A DNA stretch of 51,408 nt from IMG/VR virus record IMGVR_UViG_3300042923_000961, positions 1 to 51,408 of that record, one strand, 5' to 3'. The translations under genes were made by a program, and so were the position numbers. A model generated the notes under the pieces. It did no database searches. It was not told where the DNA came from and saw only the letters and a list, made by a program, of their open reading frames with translations. Below, one piece after another: positions 46,821 through 51,408 of the stretch. This DNA is from a virus. Lineage: Duplodnaviria; Caudoviricetes. Numbering within the stretch: position 1 is the first letter of the stretch; each line of letters begins with the position of its first letter.

Positions 46821-47222
46821 GTGGTTAGCGTGTTGAAGAATAGATTAAAAATTGCTAGGAAAAACCGTGGATTTACTCAGGACGATCTAGCTAAGAAAGT
46901 TAATACGCAAAAAACCACTATATCCAATTACGAAACTGGATATAGCACTCCTTCTAATGAAATGTTGATTGATTTAGCGAAAGCATTAGGTGTATCTACT
47001 GATTATCTTCTCGGCATTTCAGATGTTCCGGAATTAAATCGAAACAGTGAATTAGAAACACCTATTAAAGAATCAGATGATGACATCAAAAAGTTAATGG
47101 AAGATCCAGACTTCATGGTTGCCTACAAAGAATATCCCGGAAGTCCTGAGGAAGCAAAAGAGGATTTGATTGGTTTTCTTAAACTGATTAAGGAACGGGA
47201 CGAAAGAAAAAAGAAGAAATAA
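46821..47222 (+). CDS. CI/ImmR-like repressor without S24 domain
   Basis: HTH TQDDLA...TISNYETG...LGVSTDYLLG; short C-terminus. Confidence 0.9.
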   Translation: MVSVLKNRLKIARKNRGFTQDDLAKKVNTQKTTISNYETGYSTPSNEMLIDLAKALGVSTDYLLGISDVPELNRNSELETPIKESDDDIKKLMEDPDFMVAYKEYPGSPEEAKEDLIGFLKLIKERDERKKKK

Positions 47223-47283
47223 AAATTTTTATCATCATAATAGGTATTTTGTATCACGAATGAACGTTCTAGGGGGAATAGAC

Positions 47284-48027
47284 ATGGGTATGGCAATTGG
47301 AGTACCAGGCTTTTTGTTGATGGTAGCAGGAATAATTTGTGCAATTGTTTTTGGGATAATCTTGATAGTCAATGTATCAAAAAAAAAGCCAGCAAAAACG
47401 ATGACGATTGCAACTTCTATATCGGGTGGTGTGTTTATCTTAGGAATTATTCTTTTTTCGATTGGAGTCGCAAACACACCAACTGATAATCATAATGCAT
47501 CTAAAAATTCTTCAACCGCTGTGGCAACAGATGCAACCTCGTCCGAGTCTGACTCTTCAACGTCGTCTTCTTCATCAGAACCAGATATTCTTAATGAAAC
47601 TACTTTAAATTTCTCAGATACTTCAGGACAGCAAACAACAAAAATAGATAGCGCACGCATTGAAGACGTCTCAAGCTTTGGATTAACCGACGATAACGGA
47701 AATGATATTAAATATGCACTATTAATTCATATGAGTGTTGCTAACAAAGCTCCTGAAGAAGCATCAGTCTATCCTGCGCAAGGCCATATAGTATTGTCTG
47801 ACGGAACACAAATTAATGGTGCAGAAGGTCTAGAGTCTGATATTACTGATGCCTTTCAAGGCGGGGATGTTGCGAATGGTGCAACAGTAAAAGGATTTGT
47901 GACTTTTCCTTTAAGTGATTCACAAGCTAATTCTTTTAATTCAGGAAACCTTAAATTTGAAGTATTGTGTGGAGACGAAAATTCAACAGATAAATATTAC
48001 AGTGTCCCGATTAAATTCAATAATTAA
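47284..48027 (+). CDS. Membrane-anchored extracellular protein (DUF4352-like)
   Basis: Two TM helices, Ser-rich linker, Ig-like domain with G.V..GATVKG.V.F. Confidence 0.7.
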   Translation: MGMAIGVPGFLLMVAGIICAIVFGIILIVNVSKKKPAKTMTIATSISGGVFILGIILFSIGVANTPTDNHNASKNSSTAVATDATSSESDSSTSSSSSEPDILNETTLNFSDTSGQQTTKIDSARIEDVSSFGLTDDNGNDIKYALLIHMSVANKAPEEASVYPAQGHIVLSDGTQINGAEGLESDITDAFQGGDVANGATVKGFVTFPLSDSQANSFNSGNLKFEVLCGDENSTDKYYSVPIKFNN

Positions 48028-48088
48028 ATAACCATAGATTTTGCCCTTCCGATCAGCGATGACGGTGGGTGTACATAGGGGTGGGGAA

Positions 48089-48514
48089 ATGGTTCAGATC
48101 GCAAACGTTATCGCGTCTGGAAATTATATAAATGATGGAAATCAAAACTTCTTTTTTAATATTATCAATAGATTAGCCTTTAATCAGCTTCCTTATAATC
48201 TCAAGTTTAAGCTCACCATTGGAGTAATAGATATTGATCCTAAAATGACATATGAGTTAAATATCAATATTCATGGCGGGTCAGGAGAAAAAGAGTTATT
48301 AAAAGCAACAATTCCTGTGGGTCCATTAAAAAACGATGTCAATATCATTGGTACTGGGAGCGTGTTTGTTTCATCAACTGCAGATGTCAAATTTGAGCAA
48401 ACAGGAGTTTATGCAATTGATGCAATAATATACAACAAAGAAGATGTAACCGAGAAATCAGCTTTGTCATCCTATCTCCTCTGCGATGTTGAAGGGAATG
48501 AAATTAATGGGTGA
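48089..48514 (+). CDS. Beta-sandwich protein (DUF6941-like)
   Basis: NII..L....LP and VKFEQTGVY pattern; GGGGTGGGG RBS. Confidence 0.55.
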   Translation: MVQIANVIASGNYINDGNQNFFFNIINRLAFNQLPYNLKFKLTIGVIDIDPKMTYELNINIHGGSGEKELLKATIPVGPLKNDVNIIGTGSVFVSSTADVKFEQTGVYAIDAIIYNKEDVTEKSALSSYLLCDVEGNEING

Positions 48515-48983
48515 TCTGTTAGATATCAACAGTGGGGAAAACATAATGCCCAGTAAATTTAATCCTGATGCTTATACTCCTGATTTGCCATATAATAAAG
48601 GCAGTAAAGTTATTGAAAGGAGTGCCCAAACTCCAATGGCTGAAAACACAAACAATGTTACCCAAAAGGATCTAGATTCACTTAAGGCGAATTTAGAGCA
48701 AAAGATTGATTTTAATCAGCAGTTACTTACTCAAAAAATCGAGTCAAGTCAGCAACTAACCAACCAACGGTTTGATTCTTTAGACAAAAACCTTGACCAA
48801 CGATTTGAGAATCAATTTTTGAAAGTGGAAAAATTACTCAATAACAAATATGAAGAACAAAGAAAAGAGCAAGAAGCTGATCGAAAGCAACGCGCAAAAG
48901 ACAAAGCCGATACAACGAAATGGTTTATTGGCACAATTGTTTTTGGCATTGTTGGATTTGCATTGACTATAATTTTTCACTGA
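48486..48983 (+). CDS. Coiled-coil protein with C-terminal TM anchor
   Basis: VTQKDL, QKI/QRF pseudo-repeats, KWFIGTIVFGIVGFALTIIFH end. Confidence 0.7.
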   Translation: MLKGMKLMGDLLDINSGENIMPSKFNPDAYTPDLPYNKGSKVIERSAQTPMAENTNNVTQKDLDSLKANLEQKIDFNQQLLTQKIESSQQLTNQRFDSLDKNLDQRFENQFLKVEKLLNNKYEEQRKEQEADRKQRAKDKADTTKWFIGTIVFGIVGFALTIIFH

Positions 48984-49027
48984 GCTCTCCCCTAACTTGG
49001 GCTGAGCTTAAATTTCAACCGTTAAAC

Positions 49028-49041
49028 CGAACATACGTTTC
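49028..49041. promoter_or_regulatory. LexA (DinR) box
   Basis: CGAACATACGTTTC, 20 bp upstream of the ImmA ATG. Confidence 0.8.
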
Positions 49042-49060
49042 TGAAAATGGAGTGTTCTTT

Positions 49061-49675
49061 ATGTATTACAAAACCGACCTTGAAGATTACGTTGAATCTC
49101 TCTATCACTTTTTAGATTTATATCAATTGGATGGAGAATTGATGAATGACATTGCAATGAAACTCAACATAGAGCTTATTCACTCGCAATTTAGTAGCCA
49201 AGCTGTTCGGATGAACGGACGCTTAACAATAAATCTAAATCTCAAACTTGAGCGATATGAAGATCAATGGGAGACATTTGGCCATGAGTTATGCCATGTA
49301 CTCAATGATGTCGGAAATCAATCTGCTCTGCCCACACAGCTACGTCAACTTCGCGAAAGGAAAGCAAGAAACTTTGCATTACACTTCTGTATCCCTACGT
49401 TCATGCTTGATAAATTAAGTTGGCCAGATGGTAACGCAATACCGTATGTAGCAGAGAAATTTCATGTAACTATTCCTTTTGCAACCGAACGTCTTGATCA
49501 ATACCGAAATCGTGTCATGCAGAGTCAAATTGATGATTACGCAGCTGCAGTTAGTGAGCCATCCGTCTCTTACCACATAGACAATTGTTCGTCTGAAACA
49601 CGCCGCATCATTGAACAATTAAGAATACAACTGAACCGAAAGGGTGAACATCTTGAAATCAAGAGTTTATTATGA
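49061..49675 (+). CDS. ImmA/IrrE-family metallopeptidase (antirepressor)
   Basis: FGHELCH HExxH; E.KA..FALHFCIP; start reassigned to ATG 49061. Confidence 0.9.
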   Translation: MYYKTDLEDYVESLYHFLDLYQLDGELMNDIAMKLNIELIHSQFSSQAVRMNGRLTINLNLKLERYEDQWETFGHELCHVLNDVGNQSALPTQLRQLRERKARNFALHFCIPTFMLDKLSWPDGNAIPYVAEKFHVTIPFATERLDQYRNRVMQSQIDDYAAAVSEPSVSYHIDNCSSETRRIIEQLRIQLNRKGEHLEIKSLL

Positions 49676-50006
49676 CAGCGATGTTGAAGGAAATCTATAT
49701 CCGCTCTGGTACGCGATCGAAGGAAGTATTGATTGGGATCTTCCTAGTGTCTACTTACCTATCAACGCACCGTTCGAACGAATTGACAGCATCCAGTTTG
49801 ATGATGAGCTCATAGGGTGCTCTGTGTTCGCTCAGGAACTCATTGTGAATCAGAACAAGCCCAATCAATTAGGAATCAACCTTGAGGCTGTCAGAGAGAG
49901 AATCAGCGAAAATATTGAGCCGTATAAGGTTGAACGGCTGATTATTCAAGTAACGGACATCGAAGATCTGATGCAAATAGGTAGGGAATTATTCGAATGG
50001 GGTTGA
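49644..50006 (+). CDS. Hypothetical protein coupled to ImmA
   Basis: Overlaps the ImmA 3' end; acidic 120-aa ORF. Confidence 0.65.
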   Translation: MNILKSRVYYDSDVEGNLYPLWYAIEGSIDWDLPSVYLPINAPFERIDSIQFDDELIGCSVFAQELIVNQNKPNQLGINLEAVRERISENIEPYKVERLIIQVTDIEDLMQIGRELFEWG

Positions 50007-50071
50007 GTGTTCGCTACAACGTTCCACTATTAGCGACAAGCTTTCACGCCTATAGTTCACGATGAGGAGGT

Positions 50072-51241
50072 ATGAATATGGCCAGCATTCTTTCGTATAA
50101 CACTAAATCAGGAACAAGGTATATGATTCAGATATATTCTATGGTTGATCCTAACACAGGAAAGAAAAAGAAAACGACTTACCGAGGCTTTAAGTCTGAA
50201 CGCGAAGCAGAACGTGCATCTCGCTATCTAGAGCATAAATTAGACAAAGGTATTCTAGCTCATGAGAATAATATTTTTGAAGATGTTTACTTAGAGTGGC
50301 GAGATCGACACAATAGACTTTTGAAACCTAGTACTCGATATAAAACCGATACAATATTCTCCAAACAGATTTTGCCGCACTTTCGCAAACTAAGAATCAG
50401 TGACATTGACAGCGACTATTGCCAACAGATCGTCGATATATGGAGAGAAACACTTAGCGCTTCCACCACAAAAGACTATAAAGGACACGCATCACGAGTA
50501 TTTAAATATGCTATGCAAAAAGAATATATCTTCAGGAACCCGATGCAATTTGCTATCGTAACGCCTGATGAGGAAGAATTTATCGATGACGATGAAGATG
50601 AGTTTGAAAATTTTTGGGACCGTGATCAATTTAATTATTTTTGCTCTTATGCCATTGATGAAATGGATTTTCAAGATTTTGTCATGTTTCATACACTAGG
50701 GACAACTGGTCTTAGAAAAGGTGAAATGCTTGCTTTGAAATGGTCGGACATTGATTTTGAAGAAAAATATATCCGCATTCGGAGAACTCTATTCTTCTTA
50801 AATAAAAAGAATATTAATCAAAAGGCAAAGACCAAAGCTTCTAGAAGAGATGTCCCTTTAACCGAAGAGGCGTGGGCTGTTTTAAATAAGTGGCGAACAA
50901 TACAAAAAGAAAAATATCTTGCCGAAGGAATCAAAAACAAGTTGAATTTGGTCCTTACTAGAGGAGATTTTCAGCCAGTAAGGTTAGCAACACCTAACGA
51001 ACGTCTTCATAAGTTTCTAAAAAGTCATGAAGAACTCCCCCAAATTACAGTCCATGGTTTTAGACATACTTATGCTTCTAATTTATCTGCTGCTGGTGTG
51101 ACAATTGAAGAAGCACAAAAATTTTTAGGACATAAGCGAATGGAAACCACGGCAAACATCTATACACATGTATCAAAAAAGAAAAAGAGCGCTGCTTTCA
51201 AAAAGTACGAAAATTACATGAAAAAAGCCGAAAATCTATGA
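50072..51241 (+). CDS. int: Tyrosine integrase
   Basis: Arm-binding N-terminus RGFKS..EA; TGLRKGE, HGFRHT, LGH, IYTH. Confidence 0.97.
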   Translation: MNMASILSYNTKSGTRYMIQIYSMVDPNTGKKKKTTYRGFKSEREAERASRYLEHKLDKGILAHENNIFEDVYLEWRDRHNRLLKPSTRYKTDTIFSKQILPHFRKLRISDIDSDYCQQIVDIWRETLSASTTKDYKGHASRVFKYAMQKEYIFRNPMQFAIVTPDEEEFIDDDEDEFENFWDRDQFNYFCSYAIDEMDFQDFVMFHTLGTTGLRKGEMLALKWSDIDFEEKYIRIRRTLFFLNKKNINQKAKTKASRRDVPLTEEAWAVLNKWRTIQKEKYLAEGIKNKLNLVLTRGDFQPVRLATPNERLHKFLKSHEELPQITVHGFRHTYASNLSAAGVTIEEAQKFLGHKRMETTANIYTHVSKKKKSAAFKKYENYMKKAENL

Positions 51242-51244
51242 TAA

Positions 51245-51277
51245 ATCTTCAAAACGTCTTCAAAACGTCTTCACAAC
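51245..51277 (+). promoter_or_regulatory. Integrase arm-type sites (right)
   Basis: ATCTTCAAAAC GTCTTCAAAAC GTCTTCACAAC. Confidence 0.8.
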
Positions 51278-51289
51278 ATTATTTTTAGA

Positions 51290-51408
51290 CATAAAAACGC
51301 CCCTTCCGATTGCTCGGAAAGGGGCGTGAAACGTTGATAAATCAGCGTTTTGAGAACTGTGGAGCGCGACGAGCGCCTTTGAGTCCGTATTTTTTACGTT
51401 CTTTCATT
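51290..51408. repeat. Right att junction with phage-supplied rpsI end and terminator
   Basis: Direct repeat of 2126-2245; hairpin at 51297-51327. Confidence 0.95.
51342..51408 (-). CDS. rpsI: 30S ribosomal protein S9, 3' end (partial)
   Basis: MKERKKYGLKGARRAPQFSKR* is the conserved S9 C-terminus. Confidence 0.95.
   Translation of the reverse strand, partial: MKERKKYGLKGARRAPQFSKR

Larger units (their letters stand above)
2126..51408. mobile_element. Temperate prophage with contractile tail, integrated in the rpsI 3' end
   Basis: Bounded by ~120-bp direct repeats; complete modular order integrase-immunity-replication-packaging-head-tail-lysis. Confidence 0.95.

Noticed and set aside
46800-50070. 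Arbitrium-type peptide communication locus
   Set aside because: No TPR-rich receptor gene or short secreted pro-peptide gene beside the repressor or integrase

Overview
The window holds a near-complete temperate prophage of about 49 kb (approx. 2126-51408) with a contractile, myovirus-type tail, from a spore-forming Bacillales-type host (host assignment inferred from RBS, LexA and sigma-H motifs). It is integrated in the 3' end of rpsI (ribosomal protein S9). A ~120-bp direct repeat containing the last 21 rpsI codons plus terminator occurs at 2126-2245 and 51290-51408. Modules from right to left: tyrosine integrase; ImmA/IrrE protease behind a LexA box; immunity-region cargo; cI/cro switch with operators; RecT/SSB/DnaD replication genes with iterons; PcfK-PcfJ-DUF3102; late activator; sigma-H-type morons; packaging, head (protease-scaffold gene frameshifted), tail, baseplate and fibre genes; lysis; an MqsR/Panacea toxin-antitoxin pair; and a secreted-protein/membrane-protein cassette. 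Bases 1-2100 are a decayed older element at the same site (integrase C-terminal scrap, broken terL). The most intriguing unexplained signals are a ~60-nt structured leader shared by both phages upstream of terminase, a 24-bp palindrome inside the DUF3102 gene with a near-identical copy 26.6 kb away, and tandem sigma-H promoter cassettes. All family names come from motif recognition and gene order, not database searches.
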